In this document: positions 1-13,260 of the stretch, in pieces | Layout: each line of letters opens with the position of its first letter | How positions within the stretch are numbered: the stretch's first letter is position 1 | Source of the DNA: Octopus bimaculoides | Lineage: Eukaryota | Length of the DNA: 64,000 bases | Assembly: GCF_001194135.2 (NCBI RefSeq) | Contig: NC_068986.1 | Location: 59,803,967 to 59,867,966, forward strand | Reading direction: 5' to 3' | Notes under the pieces: model-generated | Database searches by the model: none | Seen by the model: only the letters and a program-made list of their open reading frames with translations | Told to the model about the DNA's origin: nothing | Program-made: the position numbers and the translations under genes

Positions 1-25
1 TATATATATATATATATGTATATAC

Positions 26-182
26 AGGCACAGGTATGGCTATGTGGTAAGAAGCTTACTTTCCAACCACATGGTTCAGTCCAACTGTGTAGCACCTTGG
101 GCATGTGTCTTCTACTATAGCCTCGGGTTGATCAAATCCTTGTGAGTGGATTTGGAAGATGGAAACTGAAAGAAGCCCATTG
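26..182 (+). mobile_element. tRNA-derived SINE, family A (head and body)
   Basis: A-box-like tggctatgtggt and B-box-like ggttcagtcc, then the body ccttgggcatgtgtcttctactatagcc...gaaactgaaagaagccc. The same body recurs at 2.0, 9.0, 14.9, 24.2, 27.1, 31.6, 33.2 and 44.0 kb. Confidence 0.85.
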
Positions 183-184
183 TA

Positions 185-1370
185 TATCATCATCATTATC
201 ATTTAACATCTGTTTTCCATGCTGGCAAGGGTTGGATGGTTTGACTGAAAACTAGTAAGCCATAAAGTTGCACTAAGTTCTAATCTGATTTGGCATGGTT
301 CCCATGGCTGGATGCCAACCACTCCAAGAACGTAATGGGTGCTTTTTACATGCCACTGGCACAGGTGTTAGTCACATAGCACTGGCATCAGCCATGACTA
401 TGATTTTACTTGGCTTGACATGTTTTCTGAAGCATAGCATATCGCCTAATGTTTGAAGGGTGCTTTTTATGTACCAGTTACATGACACTGGCATTGGCCA
501 TGACTATGAACTCACTTGGCTTGACGGGTTTTGTTCAAGCACGGCACATCACTAAAGGTCACAGTCACTTGTCATCACCTCTAAGAGGCCCAACATTCAA
601 AACTCATGCTTCGCCATGCCTTCCTGGGTCTACCTCTTCCACAGGTTCCTTCCACGATTACAGTGTAGCACTTCTTCATACAGCTGTCCTTGTCCATAAT
701 CATCACAACCATACCAGCAGTTGTCTCTCTTGCACACCACTTCTGATACCTCTTATGCCCAACTTTTCTCTCAAGATGCTTTCACTCTGTTGTGCATGCA
801 CACTGACAATACACATCCAACGAAGCATACCAGCTTCATTTCTTTCAAGCCTACACATGTCCTCGGTGGTCACAGCTCATCTTTCACTGCCATGTAGCAT
901 GACTGTTCACACACAGGCATCAAACAATCTGCCTTTTACTCTGAGTGAGAGGCTCTTTGTTACCAGCAGAGGTAGGAGCTCTGAACTTTGCCCAGCCTAT
1001 TCTTATTCTCACAGCTATGCTCTTGGAGCATCCACCCCTGCTACTGACTTGGTCATTTAGGTAATGGAAGCTATCAACTACTAGTTTTCTCCTTTGGATT
1101 TTGATGAAGTTTATTTTCTTTACATTTTTAGTGTTAATTGTACCTGTTAACCTTCCTGTGATATTGCTGCACCACTTATGTGTCCATAGCTTACACTAAG
1201 TACATCTTATGTCTTTACTACAGATCGAGCAAGGTCATCTACCTGAAGGGATTTGTGATTTATCTGCTCTCTTACTTACTAAGACTTTGGATTTTTGCTA
1301 GATTAACCCTTTGTTTCTAAACCTTGTTTCTACATCTGAAATTTCTTCTCTAGTTCTGGTAGTAATTTGG
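185..1370 (-). mobile_element. RTE-clade LINE, 5'-truncated 3' fragment, decayed
   Basis: Homologous to the 50.1-53.9 kb copy. It has a (GAT)n tail, the 3' UTR and a C-terminal ORF remnant with PCSIC...CT*CKLWTHKWC. The 449..1060 ORF is antisense to it. Confidence 0.85.
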
Positions 1371-2219
1371 CTTACTGGTTATTTTACTAATCCTTACTGA
1401 AATATGAGGTTGTAGAACATAAAGGGACGTCACAGGTTTTAACAACTGGTGTAAATGTAAATACAGGCATGGAAACTGGCACATAGATTCACATATCTGT
1501 ATGTGTATATGTATTTATGGGTGTGCATGTGTGCATTTGTACATGGGCATATGTGTGTCAGTTTCCATATCTGTATTTATTTATAGCTACACCAGATGTA
1601 TCCTTTTAAATATGTAACTTAGGGGATTTGACAGGTATCAATAAAGTACTCAGCCTGAAATAAGTATTGGGATCGATATAATAGACTAAACACTTGAAGG
1701 CTATGCCCAACCATGGCCATCCTGTCAGTTTTTCAGTTTAGAACTCTAATATATAATGTGGTCTTTCCTTTATTTAAAACAGTATATTCGAGAAAGATTT
1801 GGCTTCTTTTTCCCTCATTTGTTATAAACAGTAACATCATGGAATTCAATACATCAACATTTTAACATCCATTTTCCATGCTTGCTCAGGCCAGATGGAA
1901 TTTCGTAAGGCAAATTTTCTACAACCAGATACTCTTCCTGTTGCTATCCTTCACTTGTTTCCAAGCAAGGAAACATTACCGAGCAAGGTAACATTTTACA
2001 CATACACATATACATGTATGCATATAATGGGTTTTCACTCACAAAGCTTAGTTATAGTAGAAGATGTTTGCTCAATGTGCCATCCAGTGAAACTAAACAC
2101 AAAAACCACCTGGTTGGGAAGTAAACTTCTAAACCAAATAGCTATGCTTATACTATACACATTACACTATCATCCTATTCAAGGAGGAAAGACAGAAGTT
2201 ATCTGTCAATAGTATAATA

Positions 2220-2420
2220 TTGGTTTCAAATTTTGGCACAAGCCCAGCAATTTTGGAGGTGGGGTAAGTTGATTACATCGACCCCAGTTCTCAACTGGTG
2301 CTTGATTTGTTGACCCTGAAAGGATGAAAAGCAAAGTCAATCTCAGTGGAACTTGAACTCGGAATGTAAAGATGGACAAAATGCCACTATGCATTTTGTC
2401 TGGTGAGATAAGGATTCTGC
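2220..2420 (-). mobile_element. tRNA-derived SINE, family B
   Basis: Reverse complement carries gagttcaagttcc...gactttgcttttcatcctttcagggtc...ggccttgtgcc-like blocks. Other copies at 6.2, 8.7, 10.2-10.7, 46.4-47.1, 48.6 and 49.1 kb. Confidence 0.8.
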
Positions 2421-2549
2421 CAGCTTTTCACTTTGATGTCAATAATATAATGTTACTACAGAGATAAGCACCAGATCTCTGTATTTTTATGATGTGGAAA
2501 GAATCAACAATATCATTCTGGCATCAGTAAGCAAAGTTAATAGTTGTTA

Positions 2550-2740
2550 TTGCTTAAGCCTAGATCAGCCCTGACTGAGAAAACTTATGATCAAATATGA
2601 TCCATCTGTGACCATCCTGTACTTAGACATAGTGTACCCTGAAGCATATTTACCAATGTGAACTTCCATATTCTTTTAAAGACAGCAGCATATCATCTGA
2701 AGGATATCTAGCAGTTACTTCTAGCAAGTTGAGGAGCTGT
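2550..2740 (-). repeat. Unclassified dispersed repeat, family E
   Basis: Shares gctagaaatagcagccaaatc / tcttttaaagacagcag / gaccatcc blocks with 3.63, 4.86, 7.22, 10.9, 15.06, 47.6, 48.35 and 56.1 kb. No ORF or tRNA head recognised. Confidence 0.65.
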
Positions 2741-3904
2741 ATATTAGTTCAATAGTCAATTATTACTAATTATTGACTAAATATAGGTTAATTTTGATCA
2801 AGCAAACTAATGATCAAAAGATATCCAACAGCGACCATATTATCTTTTTAGTTTTTTACCAAGACATCTTTAGGATCATATGCAATATACTCTTTTTCAA
2901 GATAGTAAAGTATGATTTGAAAGAGCAGATCAAATGACTCCATCAAGGTTCCCTTATAATGGCATAACTGTTACAAGTAATGCAGTTGGATAATAACATC
3001 ATCACCTCTATCATAAAACTGGATTAACCATGTTGTGTCCTGCTAACCTAGTTAGTTTTTAAAAAATAATCAACTTAAATGATTAGTAAATAGGCCAACA
3101 TGCATTATTTATCTGAAGAAGAAATCAAAATAAATCACACACACACACACATATGTTTTTTTTTTTTTTCAAGTAACAGTTTCATATTCTAAGATTTCAC
3201 AAGGAAGTTTGAAATTACATTCAGAAACATAATACATGAGAAAATATTTAAGTGTCCAACAACAGGGAATAACTGACATGAATTTGCAAGAAAATCTATG
3301 TCACATCACTTTAATTACATGGACAATATTGCAATTAAATCAACTGGTTGTGCAATCAATAAGTAAGTAGGCTATCTTGAACTTGAAGTTAGGTATTGTT
3401 TCAACTTTTCTCCTTCCTCTTTAATGTCACAGGAGTCTTTCCGAGTTTTAATTGCGAGAAAGTGTTGAAGTTAATCAGGGCCAATTTCAACAGGAAATTT
3501 TACTAAAATGTCTATTTGATACAAATAGTAATCAGAAACAAAGATGTGTACATGAAGAAGACATTGAATACTCTTCTACTTTTAACCTAATTTGTTTATA
3601 TGCATGAGTCAATGTAATGGTATCACACTACTAGAAAGAGCAGCCAAATATCCCCAAAATCACACTCTACAATCTTAAAGATGAAGGAACATTGTAGAAC
3701 CAAATATACAAAAAGATAGGATTGCCACAGTTGAAATGCCTGATGAGGACTGACCTGTAGCCTAAGAACAGTGCACGCACGCATGCATACACGCACGCAC
3801 GCACACACGCATGCACAGAGTTTTTTTGCTTCAGTCAATCGACTGTGGAAATGATGCCACATGGTCTTCAAAGGTGTTTAGTCAATTATAATGACCTTGG
3901 TAAT

Positions 3905-4330
3905 TATTTAAAGATAAAATAATAAACTTATTGTATACAGTGCTCAGGTACACTACAACTCATCAGAAGAAGTTACCAAAAGTGCATGAACAGTACATAG
4001 AATAGTGCACAGGAAGTGAACAGTGAATGAGTTGCTTAAAAAGAAAAAGAAAGGCAGGGGAGCATCAGGTGTACTGTTGGTGAATTTCAGGAAATATGGA
4101 AGTTTTGAAGGATGTAATATCCCAACAGCTAACAACTGATGTGGTTAGTTTATTTCATTCTGAGTGTGAACGAATTGCTAAGTTAACTTATGACAGAAAA
4201 GAGATCCAACTTAATGCGTGTACATGCACACACAAACAACTGTTAGATGCTCTTGTTATATACACATGTTCATTTATTCAGAGCTCGGAGAACTTAAAAC
4301 CTTGGTCTCAAATATAGTTTACAAGATAGA
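3905..4330 (-). mobile_element. CR1-like LINE 3' end fragment
   Basis: Minus strand ends ...TSFKTSIFPEIHQQYT* after a decayed region resembling the CR1 ORF2 terminus, followed by a 3' UTR. The 4096..4317 ORF is antisense to it. Confidence 0.6.
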
Positions 4331-5758
4331 TGAACATCTTGAAACATGCTTCACATTTCTTAATATTGAAAAAAAATTTGGGCAGATTTAAAATAATATN
4401 NNNNNNNNNAAAAAAAAAAAACCTAAAAGATGAACTAAGAGAATGATATGGTGCCTCTTTTTTTTTTGCAGGAGAAACTTAAAATAATAAAGCAAAATCA
4501 CAGATAGAGGATCTAAGAGTAATTAACTAAGTTTAAATAGGAAAAGGCTATCTACAGATGTTGGAAGTAAGGTGAAATGCTGAAAGAAAAAATAGGTACT
4601 GTTGATGTAATATTGTGTATATGTGTATCTAGGAATGCATGTTTGCAGGTTATATGTGTATGTTGTGACTATGAGTATGCTGTGATTATGTGCATGTGAG
4701 TATATGCATGTGTAGTATGACTTGTACATTTGCATATTGTATGCTTGTGTGTGCATGAAAAATTTGCATGTCATATGCAAGCTGTGCAGGCATTTCAGTT
4801 GTGAGAATCCCATCTTTTTGTATATCTGGTTATACAATGTTCTGTATGTTACTCCAGTTTTAAGCTTGTAGAGTATGATTTCAGGGATACTTGGCTGCTA
4901 TATCTAGCAGTTTGATACCACTACATTGACTCATGCATATATGCAAATTAGGTTAAAAATAGAAGAGGGTTTGGTTTCTTTTTCAAGTATGCATCTTGTT
5001 TCTGATTAGTACTTGTATAAAATAGGCATTTCTGTAAGTATGTATGTCTGTGTAGAGTGTGTGTTTGTGTGGAGGGGGGAGTGCAATGCTGTTTTTGTTG
5101 TTGATGTTTAGCTTCAGGTTAACTCAGATTTAGGGAAATATGTTACTATTTCTAGCAAGTCAATGCTTCTTTGCAAGCTTGTATCTATATTGTCTGTGCA
5201 GATATGTCAGTAAGCTATTTATATACATGTGAGTTGTGTTTTGTGCACAAGCATATCTGTGCATTTGCATGTTTGTGTGCATATTTGTAGCTTGTGTATG
5301 TGTGTGTATATGCCTCTGTGTGTACATGCATGTGTATGCACATGTTTAGGCATGTTTACAGATATCTGTGTGTGCAGCTGTGCATGTGTCCTTGAGTGGT
5401 GTATATATGTTTATGTATGAGTACATGTGCCTAAGTAGTGCATGTATGCATGCCTGTGTCATGTATGTATAAGCATGAGTTTGTGTAACATGCATGTATG
5501 TGTGACTGTAACTGTATATGCATGTATATGTGTGTGTAACAGTTATTTCAATCAATACTAATGTGAGAATAGTCATCACCATCACCATCATCGTTATCAT
5601 TGCCATGACCATCATCATAATCATGATCATCAAAATGAAGAATAATACATTTCACCAGCAAAACAGAACAGGTTGTTGAATAAGTCTATCAGGTTGCAAT
5701 AGAAATCTCAGTTGAATGAAGAAGAAAAGAACAACACTAGATCCAGTCTAAATATAAC

Positions 5759-5881
5759 CTTGTCTCAGCAGGAATATGGTAAATCAGAAGGTTCACAGCT
5801 TTTTCTTTGGAAAGAAGAAAGGTAAACATTAGACAGCTTTCTTCTTGAAGAGGGAAAAAATGCATTTGAACAAAGAAGCAG
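5759..5881 (-). CDS. Candidate exon, phase 2-2: (x)CFFVQMHFFPLQEESCLMFTFLLSKEKAVNLLIYHIPAET(R)
   Basis: Acceptor gtttgtcttacag and an open frame of 123 nt. The donor is weak (gttata), so it could instead be a terminal exon reading to the stop at 5737. Confidence 0.35.
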
Positions 5882-6417
5882 CTGTAAGACAAACATGCAT
5901 GATACCTGTATGTGCAGACACAGGCACACACACACATGCACACACACACGATTTATTGTTGTTATCTGCAAATGCACTTTTCATACATGTCAAACTGATA
6001 ACCTACCTGTCAATGTCAAATACCAAACAAACTGTAACAACTGGTACACAGAGGAATGAATACCTGGTGTTTTTATTTCACAGCATTTCAAAAGCAAGTA
6101 CAATGCTCACATCAATCTCTCTTATTTATGTATGAATACACACACACACACAGACAAAAACACACACATACATACACAAATATTCTTTTCTACTCTAGGC
6201 ACAAGGTCTGAAATTTGGGGGGAGGGGGCCAATCAATTAGATCGACTCCAGTACGCAACTGGTACTTAATTTATTGACCCCGAAAGGATGAAAGACAAAG
6301 TTGACCTCGGTGGACACATACACAAATATAATCTATAAACATGCACATACACATGTATGTACACATAGAGGCACATATATATATGTGCGTGTGTGTGTGT
6401 GTGTGTGTGTGTAAATA

Positions 6418-7141
6418 CGAGGAGGTACCCCCAAAAAACCAGAATTTTGTAAGATTATTTTATTCACTTTTATCACCTTTGAGGCATTCTCCATTTGAAG
6501 CAATGCGTTGGTACAGGCTTGTTTTCCATTATTCGAAGCAGTGCTGGAACTCTTGTGAAGTGATGTCTTTTAACACCTCTACCACATCTGAAAATTCTGT
6601 AGCATCAGCTTTTGTCATCAGCAATGAACTTCAAAAAAATGGTTCGGATCAATTTCCAACTGTTCTCTCAGTTCACGACATGCATTTTGTCATAACTGCT
6701 TTTGATCTTCCATGAGCAAGCAAAGCACAAATTTTGCTGCAACTTTTTTTGTTCTCAATTTCTCATTCAAAATTCGTTGGCAGAAACACCAGGACACATC
6801 AATCATATCAAAAGGTTCATCAATTGTTCAGTGACGGTCCTCCAAAATCATTTCATGAATTTTCAAACTATTTCAGCATGACAACTGTTTTCCCAAGCAG
6901 AAAACAGGATTTCATAGAAGTATGCCTTTTCTTCATTTCAGCCATCACAAAAATTGACGAAGTGAGGAGAAGCACTGCAAAAACAAAGACACATCATGTG
7001 GCAGTACAACCTCACTGGATGACACCACTTGGCAGACTGATGCCTGAGGGTTGCATCAAGTGGCTTCTAATGGTGGAAGCCCAAACTACAACGGGCTTGT
7101 CCCATTGAGAATATTTCCAGTTACTTTTGGGTACCCCTTCA
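6418..7141 (-). mobile_element. Internally deleted mariner (irritans-like) DNA transposon
   Basis: TA-flanked TIRs (cgaggaggtacccccaaaa ... ttttgggtaccccttca). Decayed transposase pieces KKVAAKFV..LLMEDQKQ and ELREQLEIDP..LKFIADDKS*CY are joined directly to the C-terminus, so the catalytic region is missing. Confidence 0.8.
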
Positions 7142-7966
7142 TATATATATATTGTATTATATTATAATATACACTCACACACACACACTCACAAGCTACA
7201 ATATAAAGTGTAAGCGAGCAAATTGCTGGAGTTAGTTGACCCCAGATCAGTCCTGGTTAAGGAGATCCATGATATGACCATCTCATATAATTTTTTTGTA
7301 AGCATAGTGCATCTAAGACATCATTATCCAATGCTCCCTTCTTTTCTTTAAAAGACAGCAGGGTTTGATTTGAGAGTTGTTTGCTATATCTAGCTTTCTA
7401 GTAGATTGAGCGACTCTGAAAGAGTTTTCTCATTCATTCAAGGGGAACAAATCAGTCAATAAAACATTAGACTTCCAACTCAGGAATGATGAATGATGAG
7501 TTTGTTTCTAGTGTGTGGGGTTTTGTTCAATTTCATAATTCTGAGATGACCTTAGATCACTGTTGTCATTTGAATTTCCATTTTTCTATGCCTGCATGGG
7601 TTCAACAGAGTTTATTGAAGCAGATTTTCTATGACCAGATGCCCATCCTGTTGCCAACCCTCACCTGTTTCCAAGCAAGGTAATATTTCAACATGGCATA
7701 GCATGTTTCACAGTGGAAATGAATGACTCTGCATTTATGACGACATTCATTTACAACTATCATGTTCTGTCAAGACAAGGAGACATCACACACATACAGA
7801 CTCTCTCTCTCTCTCCCTCTCACACACACACACACATACATATCCACATAGCCACGCTTGTGCCTCTTCTACTAAAATAGTTCCAACGGTTTATTGGAGC
7901 AAGTGTTGTTTTTGTTGTTAAGATTATTGATTTTTACCCAAAAGTTATACAGTAGTTCTTTCATAC

Positions 7967-7993
7967 CAGCCCACCTGACATTCATCTTTATTT
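7967..7993 (-). CDS. Candidate 27-nt mini-exon, phase 2-2: (R)NKDECQVG(x)
   Basis: ttttatatcatag acceptor and gtatga donor, phase-compatible with the flanking candidates. Short enough to arise by chance. Confidence 0.2.
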
Positions 7994-8719
7994 CTATGAT
8001 ATAAAACTGCCTTTTTTTTTCTTTGAAGTATTTACATTTACATTAAAACCTATCAGAGTTTCATTAGTTATTTTACTAAATCCATTCAAGTTCTCTTTTA
8101 ATATTTTCAGAATTAATATAAATACATTTACAATGTGCATCATTAACAATATGATGATAAAAGGATTAACCCTAATAATACAGAAAGAATGCTACATGCT
8201 TTTTTCCCCCGCTAGGGTGTCTTTGGTAAGTAATTAGATTTGTTCAGAAACATAAAACAACATGAGATTTTGTACTTTCCTTTCTCCTGTATTAAATTAT
8301 ATATTTTCCATGTTGGTGCAAGTTGGCTGGTTTGACAGGATCACTTATCTTCGCCAGCATGGAAAAAATGGATGTAAAAGGATGATGATGATGATGATGT
8401 ACAAAGGACAGTACAAAAGAACTTTTATTTATTTCTTTGCAAGAACGACCTAGATTTAAGTGGTGATATACAATTAAAGTTCACTGTTTTCTTTAAAATG
8501 GGTGCATGTGTAAATCTATATTGTACTGGACAACATTTAAAAATGTAGGGGTAGACTACACACAATTCATTAACTATATTTATTCAAAACAGCCTGATAT
8601 GTAATACAATAGGCTGACATGTTAACAAATTTCTTTTGAAATATATTTACTTTGTTTCATTTAATTTTAACAATAATGAAGAATTTAGTAAATAGCTGTC
8701 ATTATTGCACTAGTGTAAA

Positions 8720-8940
8720 GTGGAGAGCTGGCAGAATTTGTTAGCAAGTCAGACAAAATGCTTAGCAGCATTTTGTCCATCTTTACGTTCTAAACTCAAA
8801 TTCTGCCAAGGTTGACTTTGCCTTTCATCCTTTTGAGGTTGATGAAATAAGTACCAGTTGTGCACTGGATTTGATTTAATCAACTAGCACACTCCTCTAA
8901 AAAAGTTTGGGCCTTGTGCCTATTAACAGAAAGAATTATT
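8720..8940 (+). mobile_element. tRNA-derived SINE, family B
   Basis: ggagagctggcagaatttgttagc...ctcaaattctgccaaggttgactttgcctttcatcc...ggccttgtgcc, then an (att) tail. Confidence 0.85.
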
Positions 8941-8984
8941 AAACTAGTGTTTTGAACATAAATTTACGTGGAACAAGTATAAGC

Positions 8985-9133
8985 ATGGCTCTGTGGTAAG
9001 AAGCTTGCTTCCCAACCACATGGTTCCGGGTTCAGTCCCACTGTGTGGCACCTTGGTGCAAGTGTCTCCTACCATGTCTCAGGCTGACCAAAGCCTTGTG
9101 AGTGGATTTAGCAGACGGAAACTGAAAGAAGCC

Positions 9134-9172
<39 letters not shown>

Positions 9173-9241
9173 CACAGTGTGCGTGTGTGTGTGTGTGCGT
9201 GTGTGCGTGTGTGTGTGTGTGTGTGTGCGTGTGTGTGTGTA

Positions 9242-9272
<31 letters not shown>

Positions 9273-9485
9273 TTTTTTTACATCTGTGTTTGTTTCCCAT
9301 CACCAATAATCAGTGCTGGTATGTTCATGTCTCTGTAACTTAGCGGTTTGGCAAGTGAGACTGATAGAATAAGTACCAGGCTTTAAAAAAATAGGTACTG
9401 GGGTCGATTCATTTGATTAAAAGTTCTTCAAAGTGGTACCCCAATATGGCTACAGTCTAATGACCAAAACAAATAAAAGATATAA
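8985..9485 (+). mobile_element. Full-length family A SINE with internal (TA)n/(TG)n tract
   Basis: Head with A/B boxes at 8985-9030, microsatellite at 9137-9270 and tail gtaacttagcggtttggc...gataaaaga. Confidence 0.9.
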
Positions 9486-10159
9486 GATAAAAGATGGAAT
9501 TTTAAGGAAAGTTTAAAACTGAATTTAGATTACTTTAAAACAAAAAGTTTTTTGTCCTAGAACCTGAAGTGGGGGTCTCTCACAGGTTGGGGTCTTAAAC
9601 ATTAATCATCTACGCTACATCTTCAGGATCAAACAGGAATGTATACAAATTCATGTTACCATGAGATACACAAAGTAATTATCTAAAGGTAAGATTCTGA
9701 ACTGAAAGAAACTGATGATAACCTGCGTTGGTAAATGTTAATTCATAAAAGTTGCTCAACTATGTTATTAGTTTCTATACTTTTTTATTTTGGAAAAAAA
9801 CAAAAGTTAGAAACATTGGATTTTGAAAATTTGTTGATTTAAATTTTTTTTTCACTTCACTGTTCATTGCAAATCACACCATTTAATGTTTTTTAAGAAA
9901 TTTTACACAATTATTTTAACATTTTCATGCTTGCACACACTTGAGAATTTCGTATAGACCTTTTGTTTTTTTCTCTCTCTACATATATACCCATCATAAT
10001 AACACTTTTGTATACACATACAAGTTAAAATTAGAGGTAACATTGTTGAAATTATCATCATCATCATCATTATAATTATTATCATTAATATTATCAGCAT
10101 CATCATCATCATTATCATTATTATCATTATTATTATCATTATTAGTATTATTATTATAC

Positions 10160-10710
10160 CCTTCAAAGTTTAAACCCAGCAGGGGTCAACTTTCACCCCT
10201 CTGGAAATGACAAGTACTAGTCAAGTATTAGAGTTGATGTAACTGAGTAATTCCCTCCCCATAAAATTGTGGCCTTGTGCCAAAGTAGACAGAAGCTGAC
10301 AAGTTGGCAGAACAAACTGCTTTGTGGTATTTCTACTGGATCTTTACATTCTAAGTTCAAATTTCACCAATGTCAACTTTGCCTTTCATTCTTTCAGGAT
10401 CGATGTAATAAAACACTAGTCAAGTACAAAGGTCAGTCAACTTAGCCTATCACTCAAAATGTAGTCCTTATGCTCATGCTAGAAACAATTAAAGGCAGCA
10501 AGCTGGTAGAAATGCTAGAGCAATGAAAAAATGCAATGTGGTATTTGTTGCAGCTTTTTATGTTCTAAGTTTAAGTCCAACTGGGGTCAACTTTGCTTTT
10601 CATTTTTCTATGGTAGATAGAGAACCAATCAAGTACTGGACTCACTGATACTGATTAAGATTCTCCCCTCAAAACTGCTGGCCTTGTACTTAAATAAGAA
10701 ACAGCTATTG
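10160..10710 (+). mobile_element. Three tandem decayed family B SINE copies
   Basis: The gggtcaacttt/gcctttcat...ggccttgtgc blocks repeat at about 10.18, 10.37 and 10.58 kb. Confidence 0.7.
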
Positions 10711-11247
10711 TTGTTGTTGTTGTTACCACTGATATATCATCAAAGAGTAGGATTTTGAAGTCACTTGTATTAAATTTTTGATATATAACTTCTGTTTAAT
10801 TCTTTAATGACCCACTGTCATCGTGTATCTTTTGTTTATTTGTTTTTTGTTAAAAAAGACACAAAAGAAAAAAAAAAACGGTTAACAAGGAAGTATCTAT
10901 GTGAGTCTTCCATCTACTGGAAATAGCAACCAAATATTATTCGAAACTCAGCTTTACATCTTAAAAGAAAAAGGAAGGATACATTGAACACTGTAGCTGA
11001 ACAGAAGGAATGGTCATGGCTGGAATGTTTTTGCACTAGGCCAACTGGATTAAGCCAAACAGGATGGGGACGGAGAGACTAAACAACAATAACAGCAGTG
11101 ATTCTTTTGACAGAATATGAAGATATTACAAATGAATCATTTCAATTAATCAGGAACTTTATGTAAATGATATAAAAGGTAATTTCTCTTACATATGAAA
11201 ACAAAAGAAAAGTTTTCATCAATAGTTAGCTATAAAAATAGACATAC

Positions 11248-11371
11248 CTGCTTAAGGTGCTGAAATATAGAAAGTGTCGTGCCAATTCTGAACTGGATAT
11301 CATTTGATCTCTCCATAATGGGCTACTTGTGAATAAAAATCCAACCAAGGAGTGGTCCAGGGCATAAGAAC
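11248..11371 (-). CDS. Candidate internal exon, phase 1-2: (x)SYALDHSLVGFLFTSSPLWRDQMISSSELARHFLYFSTLS(R)
   Basis: Strong acceptor ttttcctttgtgttttatcacag and donor AAGCAG|gtatgt. Only one of three frames is open over 124 nt, and it lies outside recognisable repeats. Product not identified. Confidence 0.6.
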
Positions 11372-11555
11372 CTGTGATAAAACACAAAGGAAAATACAAT
11401 GGTTCATACACTCTGTTGCTATTATTTTATATTAAAGACAAGAAATAGAAATGGTAAGATATGAGATAAAAGAACATAATAGAAAACAATAAAAAAAATA
11501 CAGCAAAACATATTATACACACATGCGCATGCACGCACACACTTGCACATACACA

Positions 11556-11589
<34 letters not shown>

Positions 11590-12539
11590 ATCTCCCTCTT
11601 TCTCTCTCTCCTCTTTCTTTAGTCTTCTCTTTACATTTGTTTGCTGAAAACTGCTAGCTAGTATGGTGAACAATCAACTGGATATTGCAAGTATGGGAGG
11701 TGTTGATCTATTACAATTATTATTATTGTCATTATTACTATTTTTAGCACTGTCACATTATCAAAGAATGGGTCTTTGGAGTACCTTCTCACAATGATCT
11801 TTAGAGTTCAGTCTGGCTGCACCAGATTATTGCTAAGGTATGTTCTGTATAGTTTGGAGTATAGTCAGTTAACACTACTTGTTTGATAGTAGGCTGTTGC
11901 TGCTGTCATTGTTGCTGTGTAGCAGTACTGAATATATATATATATATATAATGTAAGATGTCCAGTTCACTCTAATACAGTGTGTTGGTTTCACTCAAAA
12001 CTTTACATCATTTAATTGGCAGTTTAGCTGTGGCCAGCCCATTTTCCTTTTTTTTTTTTCAGTTATGTAGTGTTAACATATGAGGTTTCTATTTTAAAAG
12101 ACAATAGTAAGTTTGCTGAAAGAGACAGATTTCACAGCTATTATTGGGTATATTGAGTGGTAAAAATATCAGAGACCAATTACTAACATACAAATTAAAA
12201 AACAAATAAAATAAAACTGAAAAATTCCATTTGCAGTCAGTCATTGATAGATTGGATTAAATAATTTTTTTTCAAAATGCTCACCACAAAGAAAAAAGAA
12301 AAAACAAGTCCAACGATGAAACCTACATGGTTGCTCAATCTGCAAGAAATAGCAAGAGCGTCTCCTGCAAATCACACTCTTCCAGCTTGAAAAAGCTAAG
12401 GACAGAGTAGTCTTAGATACATATCTGAAAACTGACATGTATCTAGGATACATTTCTATATGTCTGGAAGGATACATGTCCTAGATACATGTTTGTACAT
12501 CTAGAAGGATATACATTTAGTCTTAGATATATGTCTGAA

Positions 12540-13260
12540 AATAGATATGATCTTGTCATGACTGGAAAGTCTTTGTTCATAGATTTGCTCAATCAACAGA
12601 AAATAAACTCAAGCATTATTCACACTGCACCCACCCCAAACATGAGTGGCACTCAGCTAGAGCCCTCATGCTAGGCCTCATTATAACTGAGGATTTCTCT
12701 TGGCAAAAATACATCCTTAGCATAGATAGAACTGCATCTCAAACACTGTCTCCTCTCTTCATGGCCAGAAAATATTTTAGCCTTCAACACCTATTAACAC
12801 TCTGCAAGGCACTCTACAGTGGAGTACTGTTTTCAAATATGGGATGGAGCTGCTGCCATATACAGAGACATCCTGAATTACATCCAGAGAAGAGCCACTC
12901 AACTGACTGGTATTAAATCACTAACAGACATACTCCAGTCTCTGACCCATATACATCCAATTTTTCTCTCTCCATTATTCCTACCACCACTATAATGGCT
13001 TCTATTCTTCAGAGCCAGCAGGTCTCACACCTCTTTCACTAAGTTATTCCCAGATTAGTCATCTGTCCAACTTTTATCATTATTGTTGTTGAAGCTGCTC
13101 TCCACCGTGCCAGCTCTACATTAACCCCCATTCCCACCTTTTCCCTAGAATATCTTCCCCCTGGATATCTTTTCCCTTCACATGTTTTTCCTGCAGATGT
13201 TGACCTACATCAGTTATATCAGTACACTAGAGGCATCAAGTTCACTGGTCTTGGAAGGTT
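12540..13260 (+). mobile_element. CR1/L2-superfamily LINE, C-terminal RT fragment, decayed
   Basis: LGLIITEDFSWQKYILSI..TASQTL..LFMARKYFSLQHLLTLCKA matches the post-RT region of CR1/L2-type LINEs, and it ends with HVFPADVDLHQ. Confidence 0.75.

Noticed and set aside
449-1060. 203-aa plus-strand ORF
   Set aside because: It is the antisense frame of an RTE LINE C-terminus, and the same shadow ORF appears at 50.5-50.9 kb.
3735-3775. ctgatgaggactgacc...agcc
   Set aside because: There is no GAAA or NUH in register, and it corresponds to the tail of repeat family E.
6007-6063. Minus-strand exon-like GIHSSVYQLLQFVWYLTLT
   Set aside because: The acceptor is purine-rich and the phase conflicts with the adjacent 5759-5881 candidate.
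8216-8225. 10-nt plus-strand micro-exon (tag|ggtgtctttg|gtaagt); similarly a 25-nt one at 34023-34047
   Set aside because: The splice signals are good, but the segments are isolated and too short to separate from chance.
9705-9750. ctgatgataacctgcgttggtaaatgtt
   Set aside because: GAAAC is absent and stem I does not pair.
11248-11371. Loose resemblance, from memory, of this peptide to ciliary proteins (CPLANE1- or WDPCP-like words)
   Set aside because: Only a few short words match, with large gaps, and two different proteins fit equally well. No symbol was assigned without a search.
13196-13256. Plus-strand exon-like segment DVDLHQLYQYTRGIKFTGLG
   Set aside because: The apparent acceptor lies within HVFPADVDLHQ, the C-terminus of the CR1/L2-type LINE.
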